From contig CABXFU010000004.1 of NCBI GenBank assembly GCA_902511575.1, positions 65,350-129,349 of the forward strand: a DNA stretch of 64,000 nucleotides, read 5' to 3'. Below, piece after piece: positions 49,230-58,071 of the stretch. How positions within the stretch are numbered: the first letter of the stretch is position 1; each line of letters opens with the position of its first letter. The position numbers and the translations under genes are program-made. Under the pieces are notes generated by a model, which had not been told where the DNA came from, did not search any database, and saw only the letters and a program-made list of their open reading frames with translations. This DNA comes from an uncultured SAR86 cluster bacterium. Lineage in GTDB: Bacteria; Pseudomonadota; Gammaproteobacteria; Magnimaribacterales; D2472.

Positions 49230-50536
49230 CCAAGTCATCCAATCAGTTTATTAAAAATACTATTTTAAAGCTTTTGGGTGCTATCGGTTCTGAGAAAGAA
49301 ATAAATAAGTATATTGAAAAATTTTCTTCTCCTGAGCAACGCTTTGCAGTTATTAAGGTAGGCGGTTCTGTAGTTGAGAATGATCTTGAGAATCTTATTT
49401 CGTCCCTAGTATTTTTAAATCAAGTTGGTCTTAAGCCTGTAATACTGCATGGAGCAGGTCCAATGCTTTCAGCAGCTTTAGAGGAAAAGAGAATTGATTT
49501 TTCATTTATCAATGGGCAGAGAGTTACTTCCCCAGAGGTTAGGGATGTTGCTCATGAAGTCTTCAAGGAAACTAATCAGAAGATTGTAGAGGCTTTGGAA
49601 ACTCAAGGAGCCCATGCAAAAGGTCTAGTATCTAATGTCTTCCAATGCACCAAAGATGATCCCGATTTGGGTTATGTTGGATCAATTCAATCCGTTAATA
49701 TTGAACTTGTTAATGAAGTGTTGGAATCAGATTCCATACCAGTAATTGCGCCTGTGGGATTTCAAAGCAGTGAAATGCTCAATATTAATGCTGATATTGC
49801 TACTGTTGAATTAGTGAAGGCTATTAATCCTTATAAAGCTATTTTCTTATCAGAGACCGGAGGAATTTTTAATAAAACTGGTCAATTAATTCCTAATATT
49901 AATTTAGCTCTTGAGTATGAGGAGCTGATGCAAGAAGAATGGTTGCATTCTGGGATGAAGTTAAAACTTCAGCAAATCAAAGCTTTATTAGATCATCTTC
50001 CAAGGACAGCTTCTGTCTCCATCACTGAGCCAATCAATCTTCCAAAAGAGCTATTTACAGATTCTGGATCCGGCACCCTCATAAAACATGGTTATAGTGT
50101 TGCTCAACATAAAGTCCCAGATCAAGAGACTCAAGAGCATTTTAAAAAAATTATAGAGGCATCATTCAGTGGTAATTTGGTAGATGGTTTTTTTGATGAT
50201 CCTGGTAGTTTAAATATTTTTATGACTTCATGTAAGCGAGCCACAATAGCTATTTCAAATGACTTTAGTGTTCCTTATATGGATAAGTTTGGAGTTATTC
50301 CTGAGGCAAAAGGCGAGGGCTTGGGAGCAGGTATCTGGCATGAAATGCGTAAAGTATATCCACAGGTTTTTTGGCGTTCACGTCCAAATAACCCTATCAA
50401 TAATTTTTACACATCAATTTGTGAGGGCTGTCAAAAACAAGATGAGTGGCATATTTTCTGGATTGGTATATCTGATTATGGCGCTTTAAAAGATTGCATT
50501 GAGTATGCTATCAATAAACCAAAAAGTGTGATTTAA
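49226..50536 (+). CDS. argA/B: Bifunctional N-acetylglutamate synthase/kinase (vertebrate-like NAGS/K)
   Basis: An N-terminal amino-acid kinase domain (VIKVGGSVV...ILHGAGP) is joined to a C-terminal block MDKFGVIPEAKGEGLGAGIWHEMRKVYPQVFWRSRPNNPINNFY...WHIFWIG. That block closely parallels the mammalian NAGS C-terminus (LDKFAV...G.GLG..LW...LFWRSR..NPIN.WY...W.FFW.G, from memory). Confidence 0.85.
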   Translation: MTKSSNQFIKNTILKLLGAIGSEKEINKYIEKFSSPEQRFAVIKVGGSVVENDLENLISSLVFLNQVGLKPVILHGAGPMLSAALEEKRIDFSFINGQRVTSPEVRDVAHEVFKETNQKIVEALETQGAHAKGLVSNVFQCTKDDPDLGYVGSIQSVNIELVNEVLESDSIPVIAPVGFQSSEMLNINADIATVELVKAINPYKAIFLSETGGIFNKTGQLIPNINLALEYEELMQEEWLHSGMKLKLQQIKALLDHLPRTASVSITEPINLPKELFTDSGSGTLIKHGYSVAQHKVPDQETQEHFKKIIEASFSGNLVDGFFDDPGSLNIFMTSCKRATIAISNDFSVPYMDKFGVIPEAKGEGLGAGIWHEMRKVYPQVFWRSRPNNPINNFYTSICEGCQKQDEWHIFWIGISDYGALKDCIEYAINKPKSVI

Positions 50537-51466
50537 ATGGATGCTAAAAAAATAGGTTTATTAGGTGGGCGAGGGTATGTAGGTCAAGAAATTGTAGAGC
50601 TGCTGGCTAACCACAAGCATTTAAATATTACTTCGGTTTTTTCTTCTTCTGCAGCAGGTCAGCCAGTGGATCTAGATACTGGCAATGACTTGTTATATCA
50701 AGATTTAAGTATAGATAAAATTGATTTGTCTGATGAGGATGCTTTTATATTGGCATTGCCAAATAATGAATCTCAAGATTACATTGATCTAATTCATCGG
50801 CACAATCCTAAAGCTATTATTATTGATCTGAGTTCAGACCATCGTTTTGATGATGCATGGGAATACAGAGTTCCTGAGCTATGTGAAAAGGTTCAATCAA
50901 GTAAAATTAGCAATCCTGGATGTTATGCTTCAGCAATGCAATTTATGCTTGCTCCTCTAAAGAACATTTTAGTTGGTCCAGCGAATTTATATGGGATCTC
51001 TGGGTATAGTGGTGCAGGAGCTACTCCAAACGCCAGAAATGATCAGGAGGCTCTCAAAGACAGCGTCCTTCCATATTCACTCGTCTCGCATCTTCATGAG
51101 AAAGAAGTAAAAGCTCATAGTTATCCAAAAATATTATTTACACCCCATGTTGGCAATTTTTTTAGAGGAATAATGATGACTGGCAATTTTATTCTTTCAG
51201 AACCAATGTCATCTGATGAAATTTATAACTTGTTCGCTGAGTATTACGATTCAATGCAGTTAATTTGCATTCAGCAAGAGCTTCCAAAGCTGCAAGATGT
51301 TCAAAACACTTCTAATGTAATCATAGGTGGCTTTACTGTGGATCAAGAAATTAAGAGGCTGACTTTTTGTTGCGCACTTGATAACCTTCTTAAAGGTGCA
51401 GCAACTCAGACCGTTCAAAACTTAAACTCTGCCTTTGGATGGGAAGATAATTTAGGAATCATTTAA
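50537..51466 (+). CDS. argC: N-acetyl-gamma-glutamyl-phosphate reductase
   Basis: N-terminal GLLGGRGYVGQE and the catalytic Cys block SNPGCYA; 309 aa. Confidence 0.85.
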   Translation: MDAKKIGLLGGRGYVGQEIVELLANHKHLNITSVFSSSAAGQPVDLDTGNDLLYQDLSIDKIDLSDEDAFILALPNNESQDYIDLIHRHNPKAIIIDLSSDHRFDDAWEYRVPELCEKVQSSKISNPGCYASAMQFMLAPLKNILVGPANLYGISGYSGAGATPNARNDQEALKDSVLPYSLVSHLHEKEVKAHSYPKILFTPHVGNFFRGIMMTGNFILSEPMSSDEIYNLFAEYYDSMQLICIQQELPKLQDVQNTSNVIIGGFTVDQEIKRLTFCCALDNLLKGAATQTVQNLNSAFGWEDNLGII

Positions 51467-51468
51467 TT

Positions 51469-52758
51469 ATGAAAATTTGGAACCAAAGTTCAAAGGATAA
51501 AAACTCTGCAATAGATGATTTTTTATCTGGTGAAGATATAGTTTTAGATCAAGAATTATTTTTATATGATATTGAAGCATCCATGGCTCATGCTCATGAA
51601 TTAGAAAATATCAATATCTTAACTAAATCTGAAACCAAGAAAGTTATCGTTTCCTTAAAGAAGCTTGCAAAGTTATTTTTAGCAAAGAAATTTAAGTTAA
51701 CGTCTAAATATGAGGACTGCCATTCTGCAATTGAGGATTACTTAACAAAAGAGCTAGGTTCGGTCGGCAAGAAAATTCACACTGGTCGAAGTCGTAATGA
51801 TCAGGTTATGGTTGCTATGCGTCTTTATGCAAGAGCAAAATTAGATGAAATTCAATCAATGAATCTTAAAATAGCCCAATCATTCTTTGATAAAGCTGAA
51901 AAACATTCATCTGATCCTATGCCAGGTTACACCCACTTGCAAAGAGCCATGCCCTCAACTTGGGGTTTATGGTTTGGAGCTTTTGCTGAGTCTTTTCTTG
52001 ATAATGCTGACTTACTATCCAGCACACAAACCTGGATGAATATAAATCCATTAGGATCTGCGGCTGGCTATGGGGTTAATCTTCCTATTAAGCGGGATAT
52101 CTCAACAAAAGAGCTAAACTTTAAGAGAAAACAATTAAACACTCTATATGTCCAAAATAGCCGAGGCAAATTGGAGTTAGAGTTAATTGGTTCTTTAAAG
52201 CAACCCATGTTAGATGTGAGAAAATTTTCATGGGATATGAGTATTTTCTTAGCCCAGGAATTTAGTTTGTTAAGTATCGCATCCAAGTATTCAACTGGAT
52301 CTTCTATTATGCCCAACAAGTCCAATCCTGATGTTATAGAGATCATGAGAGCCAATTATGCAGTGATGGCAGGGCATTATTCTGAATTAGAAAATTTAAT
52401 ATCTTTACCAAGTGGCTATCATCGAGATTTACAACTTACTAAGCGTTCTCTTATTCATTCTATTCATTGTGTTACAAAGACTTTAGGCTTGCTACCTGAT
52501 TTGATCAAATCAATTAAAGTAGATGTCAAAAGGTCAAATGAATTTATTGATCAGGATATGTTGATGACTGATCAGGCCTATGAGTTAGTTCAATCAGGAC
52601 AACCTTTTAGGGAAGCCTATATTAAAGTTAAGTCCCAGCAAGAGGCAAGCTTTGTTTCTAAAACCCTTTCTAGAAAAAACTCTTCATCTGGCTCAGCCTA
52701 TAACTTGGATTTAAAAATTCTTAAAGCAAGACTCAAAAAGCTCAACCAGTCAAAATAA
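51469..52758 (+). CDS. argH: Argininosuccinate lyase
   Basis: Fumarate-lyase signature GSSIMPNKSNPD and the TGRSRNDQ block. Confidence 0.9.
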   Translation: MKIWNQSSKDKNSAIDDFLSGEDIVLDQELFLYDIEASMAHAHELENINILTKSETKKVIVSLKKLAKLFLAKKFKLTSKYEDCHSAIEDYLTKELGSVGKKIHTGRSRNDQVMVAMRLYARAKLDEIQSMNLKIAQSFFDKAEKHSSDPMPGYTHLQRAMPSTWGLWFGAFAESFLDNADLLSSTQTWMNINPLGSAAGYGVNLPIKRDISTKELNFKRKQLNTLYVQNSRGKLELELIGSLKQPMLDVRKFSWDMSIFLAQEFSLLSIASKYSTGSSIMPNKSNPDVIEIMRANYAVMAGHYSELENLISLPSGYHRDLQLTKRSLIHSIHCVTKTLGLLPDLIKSIKVDVKRSNEFIDQDMLMTDQAYELVQSGQPFREAYIKVKSQQEASFVSKTLSRKNSSSGSAYNLDLKILKARLKKLNQSK

Positions 52759-52804
52759 CTTCCTTTTTGCTTTTCCTTTTTCTTTATGAGAGTATTTAAG
52801 AAGA

Positions 52805-52933
52805 ATGAATAAAGCTATCAGAATTCAAAAATCTGAAGCAGCTAGAGATAGACGCCATCGAAGACGTAATTTAGCAGAAAAGAAGCTGCAAAATGAATAT
52901 GCTCGTCTTCGTAAGCTTAGAAGAAAAAAATAG
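52805..52933 (+). CDS. Unannotated 42-aa, extremely basic Arg-rich small ORF (below the ORF-track cutoff)
   Basis: My translation is MNKAIRIQKSEAARDRRHRRRNLAEKKLQNEYARLRKLRRKK*. It has 11 Arg and 8 Lys. Only a weak purine-rich stretch (AAGAAGA) precedes the ATG. Confidence 0.3.
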   Translation: MNKAIRIQKSEAARDRRHRRRNLAEKKLQNEYARLRKLRRKK

Positions 52934-53035
52934 ACTTTTAGCCGCTTTTTAAATTTTTAACAATTCAGTTGCAGGGGCTTCTTTTATCCTAAAACACTGC
53001 TTGCATCCTTCTCATCAAAAGTTTCTAATACTCAA

Positions 53036-53434
53036 ATGAATAAAACACACTCATATTTAAAAAAGTGGCATGAAGGTTTAATATCCAATGACCCAAAATT
53101 ATTAGATGAAATTCTTGATGAATCCTGTGTCTTCACATCACCAATAGTTTTCAAACCTATTGAAGGAAAAAAAATGTCAAAACTTTATTTAATGGGCGCC
53201 GGCCAAACTTTTGATATGGATAGATTTGAATATGTGCGTGAACTTGTCGATGGTCTTGATAGCGTCCTAGAATTTGAAACTTATATCGGAGATATTTCTG
53301 TCAATGGAGTTGATATTATTCGCTGGAATGATGAGGGTAAAATCATTGATTTTAAAGTGATGATTAGACCGCTGCAGGCCATAGGAGCTCTGCAGAAAAA
53401 GATGTCAGAAGCATTGGATAAGTTGAGTCAATAA
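53036..53434 (+). CDS. SnoaL/NTF2-like fold protein
   Basis: 132 aa with an N-terminal W.....D...L..IL.E.CVF.SP pattern and a C-terminal strand GKIIDFKVMIRP. Confidence 0.5.
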   Translation: MNKTHSYLKKWHEGLISNDPKLLDEILDESCVFTSPIVFKPIEGKKMSKLYLMGAGQTFDMDRFEYVRELVDGLDSVLEFETYIGDISVNGVDIIRWNDEGKIIDFKVMIRPLQAIGALQKKMSEALDKLSQ

Positions 53435-53442
53435 CTGTTAAA

Positions 53443-53470
53443 CAAAAAAAAGGAGCTCTTTCGAGCTCCT
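53443..53470 (-). terminator. Rho-independent terminator for TBDR 4 (the hairpin is shared with the convergent plus-strand gene)
   Basis: AAAAAAAA-AGGAGCTC-TTTC-GAGCTCCT. The U-tract is present only when read on the minus strand. Confidence 0.7.
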
Positions 53471-53513
53471 TCCATTACTAATCTAAATAACCACAACTAA
53501 GGGGGAAATGATC

Positions 53514-55946
53514 TTAGAAAGAGTAATTAACTGTGACTCCATATGTTTTAGGTGCATTTGGATATCCCTCAAAGGATGTCCTAAATGGATCACCTACAGA
53601 TGAAAAAGCTGTATGAAGATACTTGTCATCATTTATGTTGTTACCAAAGATTACTATATCTAAATTACCTCTAGTGATTCCTGCGCTAAAGTTGAGCGTA
53701 TCTTTCGTTTTCTCACAAGTTCCTGCTGCGCACATTGCAACATTTTCTGAAGGAATAATCCTGATCAATGTTGGCCCAGAATAGAGATGATTTAATCTGA
53801 CATAGCCATCAGTTCTACCTCGCGACCAGTTCCAAGTTATCGAACTTGTTAGAGAATCATCATGGACATTTTCAGGCTTAGTGCCACTAACGTCACCTGC
53901 AGCAGAGCCGGTAAAAGAGTCATATTTTGAATCCATGATTAGCCCACCAAAAGTAATATCAATACTAGGCACAGGGGAGAAAAGTAAATCAAATTCAAAC
54001 CCTTCTGACGATTGCAACCCAGCATTAGCTAAAATAAAACCAGAACTAACAAATGTGTTGGACTGAAAGTCTTTAATCTCCTGGCTAAATGCAGTGAAAT
54101 TAAAATATCCTGTTGCTAGTCTCATCTTCATACCAATCTCAAAAACCTCTGCTTCTTCTGGTGATGCGTACCTTTGACCAATGGCAGTATTTTCTGCAAC
54201 TGGTGTTCCAGCTGCTGCTAATGCAGCTCTTTCAGCTAGATCTGGTAAAGAATTTGTTGATAGGTTCCATGCTGAGGATTTAAATCCAGTTGAAACTCCT
54301 CCGTAAAAGCTTACATCATCATTAAGCATGTACGTCAGTTTTGCTGTGTAATCAATGTTGTCATCGGATGATTGACCGCTTTCACCAACGTTTGGAAACT
54401 GCGGCATTTCGGGAATGAACTGAAGAGCTTGAAATCCAAGCAATGGATTTGCCGCAGGATTTGTAGCTAGTGCAGCTGCAGTAGCTGGATCAAAACCAGC
54501 TCCAATTAAAGCCATAGTCCCAACACCTACAAAACCAATCTGTGAAAACACATCAGTATTTACATCTAATCCTGTGGCTGTTTTTTCATCTTCAATGTAA
54601 CTTACACCAAGGATAGCGCCTAATTTATCACTTAGACTTATGTCCACTTGTCCAAACAAAGTTGTTGTTTCAGTCTCTTGTGTAAAGTAACCGACCCTTC
54701 CTGTACCTTCCTGAAAAAATATTGATGCAGGCACGCCTAAAAGACCTGCAACAGTAGGAAGAGCTCCGCCTGATGCAATATTTGCAAATGTATTAAATGA
54801 TGGTCCCCAAATAACACTACTATCATTTTTCAGGTCTTCTTCATAAAAGTATGCTCCTAACAACCAATTAACCTTTGCGTCACCGTTAGATGCAAGTCTA
54901 AATTCTTGAGATTTTGAAGATAGATTCACATTTGTTGTATTTGGGTTAAGTATTCTGGAGCTATCAAAATCAATATCTTGACTTTCAATGTTATCTGAAT
55001 CCCTTGATGAAGTAATACTTGTAAATGTCATATTTTCCATCTCTTTAACAATGTTTACTGAGATTCCGGAATTTTCACCTTTTGAAAAAGAGTCAAAATT
55101 GAAATGCACCTTATCGGTAAATGGATTGTTTGGAGCAGCTTGAGCACCAAGAGCATAAGCGAGTTCTTTCGCAGGACCTGCAGAAACATTACCTACTTGG
55201 CAACAAAACTCATCGTATTCATCGTAATCAGCTGTGATCCTAATTTCTAAATCGTCTGCAGTTTCAATTAATAAATCCGCTCTTAAAGAATACCTATCTC
55301 TGTTGTTGGTATCATTGCCTGTCACTGTATTTTTAGCATGACCATCAGCTTGGTTAGTATTAGCATTCAAACTAAAAGCCATCGTGTCACTCAGTGGCGC
55401 CGTGAAATAAGCTTTTACTATCCTTGAATTGTAGTTACCAAATGATGTTGAAATCTTTCCGAATTTTTCAAAAGAAGGTTTTTTTGTAATGATATTGATT
55501 ACACCGGCAGTCGCATTTTTACCAAACAAAGTACTTTGAGGACCGCGAAGAACCTCAACCCTTTCAACCATTGGGAGATCGTTAATTCGACTTTGCATTT
55601 TTGATCGGTATACACCATCAACAAATAAAGCTACTGAAGGCTCAACACCATTATTATTTGAACCATTACCAAATCCTCTTATAAAAAAAGCTGCATTTTT
55701 AGATGATTGGTATTGTCTTGTATCCAAAGAGGGAACCACTTGCATTAAATCAAACGCATCTACTACGTTTGCTTTGTCTATTTCATCAGCGCTAATAACG
55801 GATACAGCAACAGGAACTTCTTGAAGTGTTTTTTCTGATTTAGTAGCGGTTGTGATGATTTCTTCAATTTCACTTGATTGCGCCAATGTGTTAGGCGAAA
55901 AGGTAAAAATAAAACTTAAAGATAAGATATATCTGAATTTGTACAT
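53514..55946 (-). CDS. TonB-dependent receptor (TBDR 4)
   Basis: Signal peptide ...NTLAQS, plug motifs IEEIITTATKSEKTLQEVPVAVSV and RVEVLRGPQSTLFGKNATAGVINIITKKP, and the C-terminus ...VTVNYSF. Confidence 0.9.
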   Translation of the reverse strand: MYKFRYILSLSFIFTFSPNTLAQSSEIEEIITTATKSEKTLQEVPVAVSVISADEIDKANVVDAFDLMQVVPSLDTRQYQSSKNAAFFIRGFGNGSNNNGVEPSVALFVDGVYRSKMQSRINDLPMVERVEVLRGPQSTLFGKNATAGVINIITKKPSFEKFGKISTSFGNYNSRIVKAYFTAPLSDTMAFSLNANTNQADGHAKNTVTGNDTNNRDRYSLRADLLIETADDLEIRITADYDEYDEFCCQVGNVSAGPAKELAYALGAQAAPNNPFTDKVHFNFDSFSKGENSGISVNIVKEMENMTFTSITSSRDSDNIESQDIDFDSSRILNPNTTNVNLSSKSQEFRLASNGDAKVNWLLGAYFYEEDLKNDSSVIWGPSFNTFANIASGGALPTVAGLLGVPASIFFQEGTGRVGYFTQETETTTLFGQVDISLSDKLGAILGVSYIEDEKTATGLDVNTDVFSQIGFVGVGTMALIGAGFDPATAAALATNPAANPLLGFQALQFIPEMPQFPNVGESGQSSDDNIDYTAKLTYMLNDDVSFYGGVSTGFKSSAWNLSTNSLPDLAERAALAAAGTPVAENTAIGQRYASPEEAEVFEIGMKMRLATGYFNFTAFSQEIKDFQSNTFVSSGFILANAGLQSSEGFEFDLLFSPVPSIDITFGGLIMDSKYDSFTGSAAGDVSGTKPENVHDDSLTSSITWNWSRGRTDGYVRLNHLYSGPTLIRIIPSENVAMCAAGTCEKTKDTLNFSAGITRGNLDIVIFGNNINDDKYLHTAFSSVGDPFRTSFEGYPNAPKTYGVTVNYSF

Positions 55947-56192
55947 GAAAATTTCCCTTTGGATTTAATAATAAAAGGTGACTTTATACTAATTTTTGTA
56001 AAATAAAAGGTACATATTTTTCATGAATATTATTAAATTTCAACATACAAAATATTTATATATAAGTTTTTATTAAGCATAATATTTTAGTATGAAAGGT
56101 ACATGTAATTATATGAATTATTTATATATTCACTTGGTAAAGCAATGATTGAATCATATGATAAAAGTTAAAAATTTAATGAGACAAATCTA

Positions 56193-57335
56193 ATGAGTTT
56201 TAATAAACCACTTCAAGGGATAAAAATTTTAGAGCTATCCAGTATAGTTACAGCATCACTAGCAACCATGATTCTTTGCGACCAAGGTGCTGAAGTGATT
56301 AAAGTGGAGCCCACTGGATCGGGAGACTCCATGCGGTATCTCGGTACCCAAAAAGGAGGTTTTTCAGCTATTTTTGCTAATTGTAATCGAGGCAAGCATT
56401 CACTTAATCTGGATCTTAAAGATAAAGAAGAAGTAAAAATTTTGCTTGAGTTAGTTAAAGAGGCTGATGTTTTTATTAGCAATTATCGACCTGGAGTAAA
56501 TAATAGGCTGGGTCTTGGCTTAGATATTCTTCGAGACGTCAATCCTAATATTATTTATGTGTCTATTTCTGGCTTTGGTGAGTCAGGACCTTTATCAACA
56601 GCTCCTGCCTATGATCACGTTATTCAAGGAATGTCTGGTGCTACCAGCATCCAGTCGAATGGGGATGAGCCAGCTTATATGAAAACTTTAATCTGTGACA
56701 AGATTACTGGTTACACAGCATGCCAAGCTTTAACCGCTGCCTTATTTAAAAGAGAGAGAACAGGCGAAACAAGCCACATCACATTGTCGATGCTTGATTC
56801 AGCAATCTTTTTTTTATGGCCTGATGGCATGATGAATCACACTTTGCTTGATGATGATGTGAAGACAGCTCCTCCTTTGTCATCTACATACACCAGTCTC
56901 ATTCCTGCAAAGGACGGTTTCTTTACTATCGCCGCTATGACAGACGGTCAATGGTTTGGTATTTTTAATGCAATCGGAAAACCAGAATTTAAAACAGACC
57001 CTCGATTTGAAAATGCTTCAGCTAGAAGTCAGAACATGACTGAACTTCTGCAAGAATCCCTTTTTAGATTTCACGATTACACCGTTGATGAGGCAATAAA
57101 TGCATTAAGAGATAATGATGTACCTTGCTCTCCATACGTTCCTCGTGATGAGGTAATTAACCAACCGCAAGTTATAGCTAGCAACACTATTTTTCAGATG
57201 GATAGCCCGCATCAAGGAAAAATGAATGCTGTTTCACATCCAGCAATATTCGATGGCAATAGAATGGAAGTAACTAAAACAGCTCCAGCTTTAGGAGAGC
57301 ACAGAGATAAAATTATTAAAAAAATAAGCAATTAA
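56193..57335 (+). CDS. Family III CoA-transferase (CaiB/BaiF-like)
   Basis: The N-terminal pattern LQGIKILELSSIVTASLATMILCDQGAEVIKVEP is typical of the family; 380 aa. Confidence 0.8.
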   Translation: MSFNKPLQGIKILELSSIVTASLATMILCDQGAEVIKVEPTGSGDSMRYLGTQKGGFSAIFANCNRGKHSLNLDLKDKEEVKILLELVKEADVFISNYRPGVNNRLGLGLDILRDVNPNIIYVSISGFGESGPLSTAPAYDHVIQGMSGATSIQSNGDEPAYMKTLICDKITGYTACQALTAALFKRERTGETSHITLSMLDSAIFFLWPDGMMNHTLLDDDVKTAPPLSSTYTSLIPAKDGFFTIAAMTDGQWFGIFNAIGKPEFKTDPRFENASARSQNMTELLQESLFRFHDYTVDEAINALRDNDVPCSPYVPRDEVINQPQVIASNTIFQMDSPHQGKMNAVSHPAIFDGNRMEVTKTAPALGEHRDKIIKKISN

Positions 57336-57384
57336 TATTCTCTTGAATGCAACATCTCTTGGATGTATATTAACCAACTCAAAA

Positions 57385-57460
57385 GCGGGAATAGCTCAGT
57401 TGGTAGAGCGCAACCTTGCCAAGGTTGAGGTCGCCAGTTCGAACCTGGTTTCCCGCTCCA
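57385..57460 (+). tRNA. tRNA-Gly (anticodon GCC)
   Basis: Acceptor stem GCGGGAA/TTCCCGC, D-arm AGCTCAGTTGGTAGAGC, anticodon arm CAACC-TTGCCAA-GGTTG, T-arm GCCAGTTCGAACCTGGT, and an encoded CCA. It is near-identical in layout to the enterobacterial glyV type. Confidence 0.95.
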
Positions 57461-57471
57461 GTTAGAAAGAT

Positions 57472-58005
57472 TTATTCTTCTTCAGAAAGAACTTGTCTAG
57501 AGGCTACTATAATCTCTTTGATTTTATTGTTTTCAATCCGAACATCAAATGATTCTCTTGCAACCACCTCTTTGCCATCAATGGTGTCTGTTACTTTGTA
57601 AGAGGAGGTCACCCAATGATGAATAGAGCCATCTGCTTGTGGCACATCATTTGCCATGGCATAGACAAATTCCCATACAGGATTAGATGTTTCAAACCAG
57701 TTCTTTAGAAAAGCAGCATGCTCTGCAGAACCATTCACAATTACCCCATTAGGAGCCTTGCCAACTAAGTCATCAGCATTAGTTTTATCAATTGCTTCAA
57801 GATCGCGTTGATTGTGCGCTTCAACATAATCAACCCAAATTTTTACAAGAGAGGGATCCCCAGCAACAATGTCTAACTTTGTCCCATCCTCTGAGATCTC
57901 ATAACCAATAACAGCCCCTTTTTTCATATGCCCAGATTCGTGATGACCAGCAAATGTAATTTGAGCTATAAATAACAAGCCAATTATTGAAAATAGTTTA
58001 TTCAT
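57472..58005 (-). CDS. Secreted SnoaL/NTF2-like protein with a GHHESGH N-terminus
   Basis: Signal peptide ...AQITFA|GHHESGH. The NTF2-like core includes W.DYVEAHNQRDLEAI and a C-terminal strand FDVRIENNKIKEI. Confidence 0.55.
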   Translation of the reverse strand: MNKLFSIIGLLFIAQITFAGHHESGHMKKGAVIGYEISEDGTKLDIVAGDPSLVKIWVDYVEAHNQRDLEAIDKTNADDLVGKAPNGVIVNGSAEHAAFLKNWFETSNPVWEFVYAMANDVPQADGSIHHWVTSSYKVTDTIDGKEVVARESFDVRIENNKIKEIIVASRQVLSEEE

Positions 58006-58071
58006 ATCATCTCCTAAAATATATAAATTTATATCGTAAAACTAATGAGTAATAACCTTATCACAGTTGTT

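Noticed and set aside
57416-57601. A 61-aa plus-strand ORF.
   Set aside because: It starts inside tRNA-Gly (57385-57460) and runs antisense through the 57472-58005 gene, so it is spurious.
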